A DNA stretch of 64,000 nucleotides, taken from positions 160,001 to 224,000 of the forward strand of contig CAWGYA010000007.1 in NCBI GenBank assembly GCA_963826715.1, written 5' to 3'. Both the position numbers and the translations under genes were made by a program. This stretch comes from Candidatus Bathyarchaeota archaeon (GTDB taxonomy: Archaea > Thermoproteota > Bathyarchaeia > Bathyarchaeales > Bathycorpusculaceae). A model generated the notes under the pieces. That model made no database searches. It was not told where the DNA came from and saw nothing but the letters and a program-made list of their open reading frames with translations. This document shows positions 10,136-18,909 of this stretch, piece after piece (within the stretch, counting starts at the first letter, position 1; each line of letters starts with the position of its first letter).

Positions 10136-10504
10136 GTGATATGGTTGGTTTCTGTTTGTCCTGACGATGTACGCGACGTCCTAAATGTTACTTCCTCAGA
10201 AATAAGCGATGCCAAAGTTGCCAAGATGCTCAAAAGGGCAGCGGTAACTTTGAGCCTGGAGCTTTTCGTTGAGATTGACTATGCAGACTGTACTGATGCC
10301 CAAAAAGAAGCCATTACACTCTTAGCCGCCGTTTATGGCATCTGCTTCTTAACTGGAGGCTCAGCGATCGGCTTGAACTTTCAAGTAGGAGACCTAAACG
10401 TTAATCCATCTTCGAGTTTGCCAAGCTTAGAGGTGCTTGAAGGCGAGTTTTCACGTTTACTCAACAAGTTAAAGCGAAAGATGCCCAAAATCGTGGAGGC
10501 TTAG
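10136..10504 (+). CDS. Head-tail adaptor (HK97 gp6/SPP1 gp15-like); likely start TTG 10145
   Basis: DDVRDVLN...ISDAKV..L..A helical pattern and a GDL.V beta hairpin; first gene of the neck module. Confidence 0.75.
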   Translation: MIWLVSVCPDDVRDVLNVTSSEISDAKVAKMLKRAAVTLSLELFVEIDYADCTDAQKEAITLLAAVYGICFLTGGSAIGLNFQVGDLNVNPSSSLPSLEVLEGEFSRLLNKLKRKMPKIVEA

Positions 10505-10508
10505 CGCT

Positions 10509-11900
10509 ATGGGTACTGTTCCTGAAGCCTATTACCAATTTATCATGACTTATGCACCTAATGTTTACGTTATCCCGCCTAGTACACCGGATCCAGCTTT
10601 TGGCAAAGGTGTTTTAGCAGCTAGTTTTGCTCTTGATTTTCTCTGTGAAGCCCAATCGGTACCGCAATTCGAAGGTAGAAAAACCGAAATTTTTGATAAG
10701 ATCGTGAGTTTAGCCGATTGGGTTCTAACTCAACAGAATCTGGATCCCGCGAGAAAAGCTTACGGTGGCTTTAGAAGTGCAGAAGAGAGTACCTACTACT
10801 ACAGTGTTGACGCTTGCAGAGTTATCTCGTCTCTTCTTTGGGCTTATAGATTAACAAGCGATTCACGTTACTTGGATGCTGCTAAGTTAGCAGGCGGGAC
10901 CTTCCTAAAAACAATGCAAGACCAGCAGACATACGGTGGCTTTGCCAGAGCCGTCACGATTGGAGATGCTTGGCTTCTGCAATTAGACGTCGAATGCCTC
11001 TATGGACTAATTGGCTTAAAGATGCTAGCAGAAGAATTCGATGTTGCTAACGATGCACTCTACCAGGGGATTATGAGCAATGCAATTGGCTTTTTGAGAG
11101 AGGGCTTTGAAAATCTATGGTTAAACTATGATCCTTCAGATAACAAATGGCACAGAGTAGGCCTCAGCGAAAATCAAGTTTACGATGATCCATTTGCCTA
11201 TGCACTGCTTGGTCTATATACGGTTGAAGGTTGGAGTGTTAGTTGCCAAAAAGTCTACGATGCCCTAAATAACATTCGAGCTAGCTCAACTTATCCAGCT
11301 TATGACCCTGCAGTTTGTTGGGCGGGATACATAGATGTTGTCAGCAGGTTTGTTGCAAGCGATTACTATGATGCAGTCACTAGTGGGATTTTGTGGAAGA
11401 TTCGCAAAGGCCATGACCAACCTAGCTTAGAATTGAGCGTGAAAGTGATCGAGAAGCACTTTGATGAGTTTATGTTCTGGGGTGTAAAGCATATCGATTA
11501 CAGTTGCGTGGAAAATAAATGGGCTATGGCTACAGTTTGCTGGTTAGCTCAGTTGCTCCTAAACTATGAGGAGCCTAAAACACAATTTACAAAGATTCTA
11601 AAAAGCAACGGCGAGGCGGTTGTGCTTTATCCTGTCCGAGAAACCGCTGATACAGTGACTTATGGTGAGCCGCTTGATTTGTTGGCTGTTGTTTCTGCGC
11701 TTAGAGCTGAGCAGGTGCTAATTGAAGCAGGTTATTATCTGAATGATTACTTGGCGTTCTACACTTTCTTGCCTGTTAGAGTGCATGACAAGATTCGCCG
11801 TCAAGGTGAAGACTATGAGGTGCAGACTGTGACGCCTTATACATTTGCTAATCAGCGTCTCTACTTCAAGAGCATAAATCGGAGGTTGCTTGGGACTTGA
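10509..11900 (+). CDS. Fusion of an (alpha/alpha)-barrel glycoside-hydrolase-like domain and a C-terminal head-closure (stopper) domain
   Basis: Repeated helical hairpins (LADWVLTQQ...GGF; AYRLTSDSRYLDAAKLAG.FL). The last ~100 aa (GEAVVLY...HDKIRRQGEDYEVQTV) resemble SPP1 gp16-type stoppers, and the gene sits in the stopper position. Confidence 0.65.
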   Translation: MGTVPEAYYQFIMTYAPNVYVIPPSTPDPAFGKGVLAASFALDFLCEAQSVPQFEGRKTEIFDKIVSLADWVLTQQNLDPARKAYGGFRSAEESTYYYSVDACRVISSLLWAYRLTSDSRYLDAAKLAGGTFLKTMQDQQTYGGFARAVTIGDAWLLQLDVECLYGLIGLKMLAEEFDVANDALYQGIMSNAIGFLREGFENLWLNYDPSDNKWHRVGLSENQVYDDPFAYALLGLYTVEGWSVSCQKVYDALNNIRASSTYPAYDPAVCWAGYIDVVSRFVASDYYDAVTSGILWKIRKGHDQPSLELSVKVIEKHFDEFMFWGVKHIDYSCVENKWAMATVCWLAQLLLNYEEPKTQFTKILKSNGEAVVLYPVRETADTVTYGEPLDLLAVVSALRAEQVLIEAGYYLNDYLAFYTFLPVRVHDKIRRQGEDYEVQTVTPYTFANQRLYFKSINRRLLGT

Positions 11901-12913
11901 GCGCTACAGTTCCTCCTGAAAATCCTATGTCTACTGTTCTGCGCCTTATTGGTAACCGTATTAGAGTTGTTAAGGATGACAACTCAGTAGCAACCGTAAG
12001 ATGTAGTGAGGAAAATTATGATCGAGAATTGCTAAAAGGCATCGACGGTCACATCACCTGCAGTTTAGTGGATAGGCAGGATCAGAAGCTTAACAACAAT
12101 GGTACAAAACGGCGTAAAGTTGTATTTCTCAAGGTTTTGACTACCTCAGCTAATCGGGAGTTGCCTTCCGCTGATCCAGGGCGTACTATGCGGGATAAAA
12201 TCGCAACGCAAATTAACAATATTATCAGGGAATGCAGGCAGATTCCTTACATAACAACCTACAATTTCTATGGACTCGGCTACCCCGAAGGGGCACCCCA
12301 TAAAGCCAAAGATGCTGATGCCTCTTCAGAACTGACGCCCTCTGCAGCATCCTGGCTGGAGCTTGATGCGAGCAATTATCAAAAAATCTGGGCTAATGAC
12401 GATGTCTTGCACAGCAAAGTCACCTCCGTGACAGGGCAGTATCCTCAGATGTTGTTCTGTTTTAAAATCGGAAAAAGCGTAAACACTGACCTGCAGCCTC
12501 TCAAAACTTGCCTCAAGCAAATCATGCTCACTTGGATAGGCTACGGCATAGTAGCAGCAGGTGTAGATGGCGCCACAATTAAGGTTTGGAACAGCCAGAC
12601 GAACACTTGGACTAATGCGGCCTCCGGAACAGGGAGCGCAAAAGAAACACTTTCGATAACGTTAACAGAGAACCTCACAAACTACGCGGATGCAAACGGC
12701 TATCTCTGGCTCATAGCGAGAACTACAAATCCCAGCTCTGGAGCTGCTGCTACTTTGTACTGCGATTTTGTTCAATGTGTAATCTATGTCCAAGGCTTAA
12801 GCTACATCGATGTGGTGAGCGACAAGCCCTCAGATATCATTGATGTTAAGCCCTTTCTCTTCAAACATGAGTTCCAGCTTCGGGGCTTCTACTTCGAGGA
12901 TATATTATTGTAA
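11897..12913 (+). CDS. Tail terminator with an inserted beta-rich domain
   Basis: Sits before the tail tube gene. The N-terminal ~117 aa and C-terminal ~40 aa look terminator-like and flank a Thr/Ser/Trp-rich insert ending LYCDFVQC. Confidence 0.55.
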   Translation: MSATVPPENPMSTVLRLIGNRIRVVKDDNSVATVRCSEENYDRELLKGIDGHITCSLVDRQDQKLNNNGTKRRKVVFLKVLTTSANRELPSADPGRTMRDKIATQINNIIRECRQIPYITTYNFYGLGYPEGAPHKAKDADASSELTPSAASWLELDASNYQKIWANDDVLHSKVTSVTGQYPQMLFCFKIGKSVNTDLQPLKTCLKQIMLTWIGYGIVAAGVDGATIKVWNSQTNTWTNAASGTGSAKETLSITLTENLTNYADANGYLWLIARTTNPSSGAAATLYCDFVQCVIYVQGLSYIDVVSDKPSDIIDVKPFLFKHEFQLRGFYFEDILL

Positions 12914-12926
12914 CTGGTGACAAAGA

Positions 12927-13793
12927 ATGGTTGAGACCTATAGTGCAGACCAAGAACGCATCTACTACGTAGCTGAGACCGTAAAAGGCACAACACCCGC
13001 TAACCCCTCGATGCTTGGTGTTCCTCATGAATCAGTCAATCCAGGCTTCAATGCAGGCAATCTGCTTTTGCGTAGTGGCGGAAGCTATGATTTGTTCGCC
13101 ATCAAGAAAGGCACTCGTGTGCCCTCCCTCAAAGTTTCCTACATCGTGCCCTCGGCAGCACCAATAGATCTGCTACAATACGTCAAGATTGACTTGGATA
13201 AGACCTTGAGCGTTCAGGTCCTCTATCATAAAGGCTCTTTTGCATCAGCAACCGACATCCTCTCGCTGCTATACACTTACATGCGCATAGGCAAGGCAAG
13301 CGTAAGCTGCGAAATAGACGACGTCCTAAAATGCAACCTGGAAATGGTCGGGCAAAACCTCGTCACGGGCACAGCAAAATTGTCCGGTGCCACCTTCACC
13401 GATTATGCTGGGGCAGTGGCATTTAACGAAACAGACGTCACCATAGGTGGCTCACTAAACGATCGTGTTATGGGCTGGAAATTCGACGTAAACAATAACC
13501 CCAAGCAGGTGCCCGTTATCCGCAGCACCAACGGCTACCTAGCCAAGTACATTCCTTTTGGCAATCGGCAGCTGAGCGGTGAAGTCCGATTCGAATTTGA
13601 GAGCAAAGCAGAGATGGACAATGCCCTCGCTGATACCGAGTTTAACATTAGGTTTGGGCTTGGCGGCACAGCATATGCTCAGATGGATGCGGCAAAATGG
13701 AGCAACGTAACCAGCGAGAAGTGGCTTGATGACCTAATCGCGGTTAGGGCACAGTTTGACGCTAAAGGACCGCTTAGTATAGCGGCAAGTTAA
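12927..13793 (+). CDS. Major tail tube protein
   Basis: YVAETVKGTTPANP N-terminus and FDVNNN...GNRQLSGEV motif typical of non-contractile tail tubes. Confidence 0.8.
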   Translation: MVETYSADQERIYYVAETVKGTTPANPSMLGVPHESVNPGFNAGNLLLRSGGSYDLFAIKKGTRVPSLKVSYIVPSAAPIDLLQYVKIDLDKTLSVQVLYHKGSFASATDILSLLYTYMRIGKASVSCEIDDVLKCNLEMVGQNLVTGTAKLSGATFTDYAGAVAFNETDVTIGGSLNDRVMGWKFDVNNNPKQVPVIRSTNGYLAKYIPFGNRQLSGEVRFEFESKAEMDNALADTEFNIRFGLGGTAYAQMDAAKWSNVTSEKWLDDLIAVRAQFDAKGPLSIAAS

Positions 13794-13806
13794 CGGTGAT
13801 CTAAAA

Positions 13807-14235
13807 ATGGAGACTGCGAAAGTAAAAATCGACAGGCGTTTTGGCGAGCAATATGTAGGCGAGTATGAATTTCGCCAAATTACTCAAGGAGAATACGAGC
13901 GGGTGCTCATTAGCTATATGGATGCAGCGGGCAAAGTTCCCAAACAAGACATTCTCAAAGTCAACAGGGAATGCCTCTTTATGGCACTTGTCAGCCAACC
14001 CGCCAATAAACCGCTCTACAAAGACCTCATAGTTCAAGGGCGCCTCCCCTACGGTCTCTCATTGAAACTGCAGGAAATCTACGACACCGTAAATGGGATT
14101 GACGTTGAGGAGCAACGTTTTTTATCGTCGCCATCCGAGGAAAACGACCAAACCCCCGACTCACCAAGTTTGTCATGTGTGAGCGGTTTGGATGGACAGA
14201 AGCCGAGTATAACGCCACAAGCCGCCAGGCAATAG
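13807..14235 (+). CDS. Tail assembly chaperone (G form)
   Basis: Position after the tube gene; contains slippery heptamer T TTT TTA at 14118-14124. Confidence 0.8.
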   Translation: METAKVKIDRRFGEQYVGEYEFRQITQGEYERVLISYMDAAGKVPKQDILKVNRECLFMALVSQPANKPLYKDLIVQGRLPYGLSLKLQEIYDTVNGIDVEEQRFLSSPSEENDQTPDSPSLSCVSGLDGQKPSITPQAARQ

Positions 14236-14336
14236 TCGAGTTTTCACTGATCCTGCGTACTTTAGATAAGATGGCCGCTGACGAAGCCAAAAAAGCTGAA
14301 CAGGAAAAAGGACATGTCAGTCGAGGTAACATTTGA
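14118..14336 (+). CDS. -1 frameshift extension of the tail assembly chaperone (GT form)
   Basis: The -1 frame is open from the heptamer to TGA 14334-14336 and reads IVAIRGKRPNPRLTKFVMCERFGWTEAEYNATSRQAIVEFSLILRTLDKMAADEAKKAEQEKGHVSRGNI. Confidence 0.75.
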   Translation, partial: FFIVAIRGKRPNPRLTKFVMCERFGWTEAEYNATSRQAIVEFSLILRTLDKMAADEAKKAEQEKGHVSRGNI

Positions 14337-14682
14337 CATCCAAGGCGTGGACGATTTTGTCCAGTCAATGCAACGTCTAGATAAGGCTATGCAGGAGCAG
14401 GTTCGCAGATGGCTCTATGATTGGGCACAGCGGGTAGTTGCTGAGGCAAAACGCAATGCTCCTGTGCGCACGGGTTACCTTCAAAGCAAAATATACGCTA
14501 TGGCGCAAGAGTGGGTTGTTGAAATCGGGGCAGGGGCAGCTTATAGCTACTTTGTTGAGTTCGGAACCCGCTACATGACAGCCCACCCGTTTCTTTATCC
14601 TGCAATTCAAGAGTTTCTCCCCGAGTTAGAAACCAACATCATAGGTGCAATTGAGCAGGCAAAAGCGGAGGCTGGTTTGTGA
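14314..14682 (+). CDS. HK97 gp10-like tail completion protein
   Basis: AKRNAPVRTGYLQSKI and YFVEFGTRYMTAHPFLYPA signatures. Confidence 0.9.
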   Translation: MSVEVTFDIQGVDDFVQSMQRLDKAMQEQVRRWLYDWAQRVVAEAKRNAPVRTGYLQSKIYAMAQEWVVEIGAGAAYSYFVEFGTRYMTAHPFLYPAIQEFLPELETNIIGAIEQAKAEAGL

Positions 14683-15221
14683 GTTTTCGAGAAATCACTT
14701 TGTCTATTCGGGCAATTAACCGAGCTAGCAGCGAGTTTAATCGCATTCAAACAGACGCCCAGCTCATGACAGCCCGTATCAAAAGCTTCGGCGCAGCTCT
14801 CGCTGGGTTAGGCGCAGCGGGCACAGCCATCGGGTACATGGCTAACCAATTTGGGATCCTAAACGATGAGCAAACCAAAGTTTTCACAGGCACCATGATG
14901 CTTGTCTCAGTCATGGGCATGTTCCTACGTACAAGCACCGGATTAGCTATAGCTCAAAAAGTCTATTCTGCCGCGTGCGCGTTTGCAACTGCCGTCCAAA
15001 ACGCACTCAACATCAGCTACGCAACCTTCCTGGCACTTACAGGTGTAGGCATCGCTGTGATTGCCGCAGCAGCTGGAGCCATGTATGCCTTCGCCAACAG
15101 CATGAATACGGCGACGGCAAGCGTCCAAAACTTCAATGCGACGGCTGCCGAGACGCCCACCAGGGTTAGGGGTATTACTCGGGCAGGAGACGCAGAGCTG
15201 GCAAGGCGAGGGATCGAATAA
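14679..15221 (+). CDS. Very short tape measure protein (180 aa)
   Basis: TMP-like N-terminus (ITLSIRAINRASSEF), Ala/Gly-rich amphipathic helices, position before the hub gene. Confidence 0.7.
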   Translation: MSFREITLSIRAINRASSEFNRIQTDAQLMTARIKSFGAALAGLGAAGTAIGYMANQFGILNDEQTKVFTGTMMLVSVMGMFLRTSTGLAIAQKVYSAACAFATAVQNALNISYATFLALTGVGIAVIAAAAGAMYAFANSMNTATASVQNFNATAAETPTRVRGITRAGDAELARRGIE

Positions 15222-17711
15222 ATGTCCACGGCTACTCCAAGTATTGCCCTTGTTTTTGGCGCGGTAATGCCTCCGCAAAACGATGTCGTTGAGATGTTGG
15301 TCCATTTAGGCTGCAGCAAAGAAGTCAGCAGCTACGAACTAACGTTGCACAACCATGACGGCAAGTACAGCCCAGGCGGATCAACACCCATAACCGTGGG
15401 AACGGACGGCTCAATCAGCGTAGGGCGCACACCAAACTGTCCCCTGCTCATGACGCTGCGAGTGGAAAAGGTCTGTTACCAAAGCTCGCCAACTGAGAGC
15501 TACATTACTGTTTCTGGGCGATGCTGGGGGGAGCGGCTGTTCCGCCGAGTCGTCACAGCAACCTATTCGGGCATGAAGGGCGAAGAAATAGTTAAGGACC
15601 TGATGGATTACTATGCAGGTCTTAGCCACAACAGAAGCGGCATTGAACTTGTTGAAAACACGGACACAGCCTATACGGAATTGGAGTACGAGGACTCGCC
15701 CGTCTGGGACATCCTTAAGTACGTTGCCGAATCCGCCGACAGAACAGGTGTTATAGGTTTTGACTTTCGGGTAGCGCCAGATGGCAAATTCGAGTTTTTC
15801 CCCAAGCTCTCAAAAACTAATTCAGCTGTAATCACCGAAAACATTGATACCACAGCAGAATACGAAAAGGACATCACTCGGATCAGAAACAAAATTTTAG
15901 TTTGGGGTTTAGCTGACAAAAGTCTCCCAAGTAATAAAGTTGCTTGGACACGCAGCCTAACAACGCCCGAGGGCACTTGGACAGCAAGCGCTGGAACTGC
16001 AAGCCTTGACGGCTCAGCGGCACCGGACGGCGGCGCCTGCATTAAACTGTATGCACCCAACAACTACTTTGGCAGCGCCAATTTCACGTTAAACACGGGA
16101 AACCTGCTAGACTGCGAAAAATACCCTATCTTAGCAGTCATGCTCGAAGCAGAGAATACATTTAGCGGAACAGGGCAAATCACCCTCTACGACAACACCT
16201 ATAAAACCGCAGATAAAGAAATCTCCATTAGTCCTGACGGTTCTTGGCATAATTTTGAGACTGGTGTCGGTTCTACATATAAAAATCAGTGGAATTGGGT
16301 GCAAGATGGCTTTGACTGGACAAAAATTCTAGTCATTCGCATTACCTTCTATTATCCTGGTGTAGGAACGGGAAGCTTTTGGATTCATCAACTCTACATA
16401 GGCGGCCGCCGATATTGCGGCATCGCTGAGAATGCAGAAAGCCAGACAGCCTACGGATTAAGGGAATACGTTGAGGTCGATGAGGAACTTTGGAGCGATG
16501 GCGAATGCAACAGGCGAGCAGCTTCACTTTTGGCTTATCTCAAAGACCCAGCTGAGCATCTGCACATAGTTAGCAACGTCTTGGATTATGGGACGTCGCC
16601 GATTCTAGGCGCGGATAAGGTGCCTGTGCAGTTGCCAGTTGAAGGCGTCAACAGCCAATTTAGGGTTGAATGGGCTGAGTATAGAGTGCCAAAAGAGGAC
16701 CCGACAAAGCTGGAAATAACTTTGGAGCTCGGCAAGGAACCGCCGCACCTAGCCGATTTCCTCTATGGCTTGCGCACCCATACACCAAACGTTGAAAAAC
16801 TTAGCCGAACCAAGCTTGGCAAACGAGGCATCCCCGTATCCTCTGGCGGAAGCGGAGGAGGCGGAACAGCAAGCAGTTACTTTAACAGCAATGTGGAAAT
16901 CGACAAAACCTCACCTGTGCTGAATTTGTTAACTAGCCGTAATCATAAATCTGCTTTAGGGTTTGATGGCGCCAACACTTTTCTTGCAGCCTATACCGGG
17001 GACCTGATTCTAAATTCGGCGCTCAATCATCTTATTCGTCCTAACTCAGATGGCAATGATGACCTGGGCAATGGCACTTTCCGTTTTGGCTCGCTTTATC
17101 TTAAAAATAAGCTGTATGTTGCAGGCTGGGAAGTTGTTGCTGACACGGGCAGAGTTAATATGCATTCATTGCCTCGTGACGTCGCGGGTTATGTTTTGGA
17201 GGCTCAAGGGGCAGGTTTCTATCCAATGTATGTTGACCCGAACGGGAGGTATATTCCAGCAGCTCACAGCCATCAAAGTCTTGTTCGTGGAGCAAAATTT
17301 GTAGAGCTTGATGCGACTAATGCTGTAGCCAACTTTTATGACGGCGCTAACCTAAAAGGCGCAGTAGGCCATGACGGAGCAAACTATTTCGTAGTTGCAT
17401 ACACCGGAGACCTTGTTTTAAAGGGTGCAAACGGGATCATTAGGCCAAACTCTAGCGCGAGTGATGATTTGGGGAATGCAACTTTTCCTTTTGGCAATAT
17501 CTTCGTTAATGGAGTTGGCAGTTTTGGCTGGGTGAACGTTGCGGGTTTTACAGTGATTAATTCCTCAAGGCAGCTCGTCAATACCTCAGTTAGCGCTTTG
17601 AGCATAGATAGAGATGGCGTGACTGAAGATGTTGCCGTGGCAAAAGTCGGCGGCGGGACTAGAACGTTACATTTTCAGAACAGCCGATACACCGGATATA
17701 CAGATTCCTAA
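15222..17711 (+). CDS. Baseplate hub/tail-tip protein with an inserted putative carbohydrate-binding domain and a duplicated C-terminal receptor-binding region
   Basis: gp27/Mu gp44-like hub pattern (ITVSGRCWG...WDILKYVAE...DFRVAPDGKFEF, ESQTAYGLRE), Gly linker, two copies of G.DGAN.F..AYTGDL.L...IRPNS...DDLGN.TF.FG. Confidence 0.75.
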   Translation: MSTATPSIALVFGAVMPPQNDVVEMLVHLGCSKEVSSYELTLHNHDGKYSPGGSTPITVGTDGSISVGRTPNCPLLMTLRVEKVCYQSSPTESYITVSGRCWGERLFRRVVTATYSGMKGEEIVKDLMDYYAGLSHNRSGIELVENTDTAYTELEYEDSPVWDILKYVAESADRTGVIGFDFRVAPDGKFEFFPKLSKTNSAVITENIDTTAEYEKDITRIRNKILVWGLADKSLPSNKVAWTRSLTTPEGTWTASAGTASLDGSAAPDGGACIKLYAPNNYFGSANFTLNTGNLLDCEKYPILAVMLEAENTFSGTGQITLYDNTYKTADKEISISPDGSWHNFETGVGSTYKNQWNWVQDGFDWTKILVIRITFYYPGVGTGSFWIHQLYIGGRRYCGIAENAESQTAYGLREYVEVDEELWSDGECNRRAASLLAYLKDPAEHLHIVSNVLDYGTSPILGADKVPVQLPVEGVNSQFRVEWAEYRVPKEDPTKLEITLELGKEPPHLADFLYGLRTHTPNVEKLSRTKLGKRGIPVSSGGSGGGGTASSYFNSNVEIDKTSPVLNLLTSRNHKSALGFDGANTFLAAYTGDLILNSALNHLIRPNSDGNDDLGNGTFRFGSLYLKNKLYVAGWEVVADTGRVNMHSLPRDVAGYVLEAQGAGFYPMYVDPNGRYIPAAHSHQSLVRGAKFVELDATNAVANFYDGANLKGAVGHDGANYFVVAYTGDLVLKGANGIIRPNSSASDDLGNATFPFGNIFVNGVGSFGWVNVAGFTVINSSRQLVNTSVSALSIDRDGVTEDVAVAKVGGGTRTLHFQNSRYTGYTDS

Positions 17712-17861
17712 TTTTCTAAAGTTTCGGTTGGCATGTTTGCCATAAACCTGCAGGCGCGTTTGTTATGCGCTTCCACTGCTTTCTTTTATAAGTCTTTTAA
17801 ATCGCGGGTAAAGCAGAAGCCGCTGCAATCTGCTTCATAGTACTTAATCAAAACCTGTTTT

Positions 17862-18656
17862 TCAGAAGGCTTGTGTCGGTGGAGGAGGGGGTGGTAGTGT
17901 TCTTGCTCTCATCGAATAGTAGTAGAGAGTTATGGCTATTGCGAAGATTGGTGTTATGAGCGCCGTCAGAATGCTCGATATAAGCGGACCAACTACTCCA
18001 AGTGGTCCGGTGAATAATACGAAGGAGACGAATACGAAAACCCCATTTATTGCATAGACAATAATAGCAAGCAAAAGCAACAAACCGAAGGTTTTTAGCC
18101 ATCTGTTGCTAACAAGCTCGCGACTTCTGGAGAGGCTTCCAAAAACGCCTGTGCCCTCAAGCATTATAGCTGGGTAAACAAGCGAAAACATAAGTGCGAG
18201 AATTATTCCTGGAACAACCAACGCAACAAATCCGAGAACGATAAGAATACCTGTGATAATGCTTGCTGCCAACAAGAGCAGCAACTTTGTCAAAGTAAAA
18301 TTGAAGGATGTTTGCAGGTTTGCTTGTCCTCTCTCCAGTAAATCTGAAGTGAATTTTGTTGTGATTCCTGTTGTGAAGCTGTAAGTGATCCAGCTTACGA
18401 TTCCGGATAAAAATAGAGACGTAACGGTCGCTGACAAGAAGGTTGGAAACCAAGCTAGTAGTTGCTGCGATGTTGGATGTAATGGTGCTTCAGGAATGAC
18501 TATGGCTGACCTCACAACTATAGTTGCCAATCCTGTAACGATTCCTGCAACCAAGAAGGGAATCAAGTACTGTACAAAATTTCGCGAATACAAATTGAAG
18601 GTCTGTGATAATATTTCACCAATTGAGAGTTCGCGTTGGAGATTTTTATTTTCCAC
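17862..18656 (-). CDS. Multi-pass membrane protein
   Basis: LSIGEIL..TF.LY..NF N-terminus, about 6 TM helices, SLSRS.ELV motif, poly-Pro tail. Confidence 0.8.
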   Translation of the reverse strand: MENKNLQRELSIGEILSQTFNLYSRNFVQYLIPFLVAGIVTGLATIVVRSAIVIPEAPLHPTSQQLLAWFPTFLSATVTSLFLSGIVSWITYSFTTGITTKFTSDLLERGQANLQTSFNFTLTKLLLLLAASIITGILIVLGFVALVVPGIILALMFSLVYPAIMLEGTGVFGSLSRSRELVSNRWLKTFGLLLLLAIIVYAINGVFVFVSFVLFTGPLGVVGPLISSILTALITPIFAIAITLYYYSMRARTLPPPPPPTQAF

Positions 18657-18842
18657 TAACTTGTCCTCAGTTTGCTGATATACTGTTTAGAACTTATAAC
18701 ATTTATGAGGTCATTCTTGCTGCTCATTATGTGTTTTTGTTCTTGTTGTTTTTTAGGTGTTGTTTATCGACAGAATCTTTTTCATGGGAAACCTTTGTCA
18801 GAAAATTTGATTTTTCCTAAACTACTCGACTATGCTAAATGC

Positions 18843-18864
18843 TTAGTCAAAGTTTCTTGACGAA
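18843..18864 (+). promoter_or_regulatory. Palindromic element type A
   Basis: TTAGTCAAA-GTTT-CTTGACGAA followed by AAAGCCTTTAAAA (BRE/TATA), 45 bp before ATG 18910. Confidence 0.65.
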
Positions 18865-18909
18865 AAAGCCTTTAAAATGAAAGCATTCTATCAATATATC
18901 TGATAAAAT

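Noticed and set aside
16956-17560. Tail-tip repeats as a diversity-generating retroelement TR/VR pair
   Set aside because: Both copies are in frame within one gene, the differences are not adenine-specific, and no reverse transcriptase is present in the window.
18605-18860. Short + strand ORFs with a hydrophobic stretch, possibly a third decayed anchor
   Set aside because: Similarity to the anchor consensus is too weak, and the ORFs overlap a promoter.
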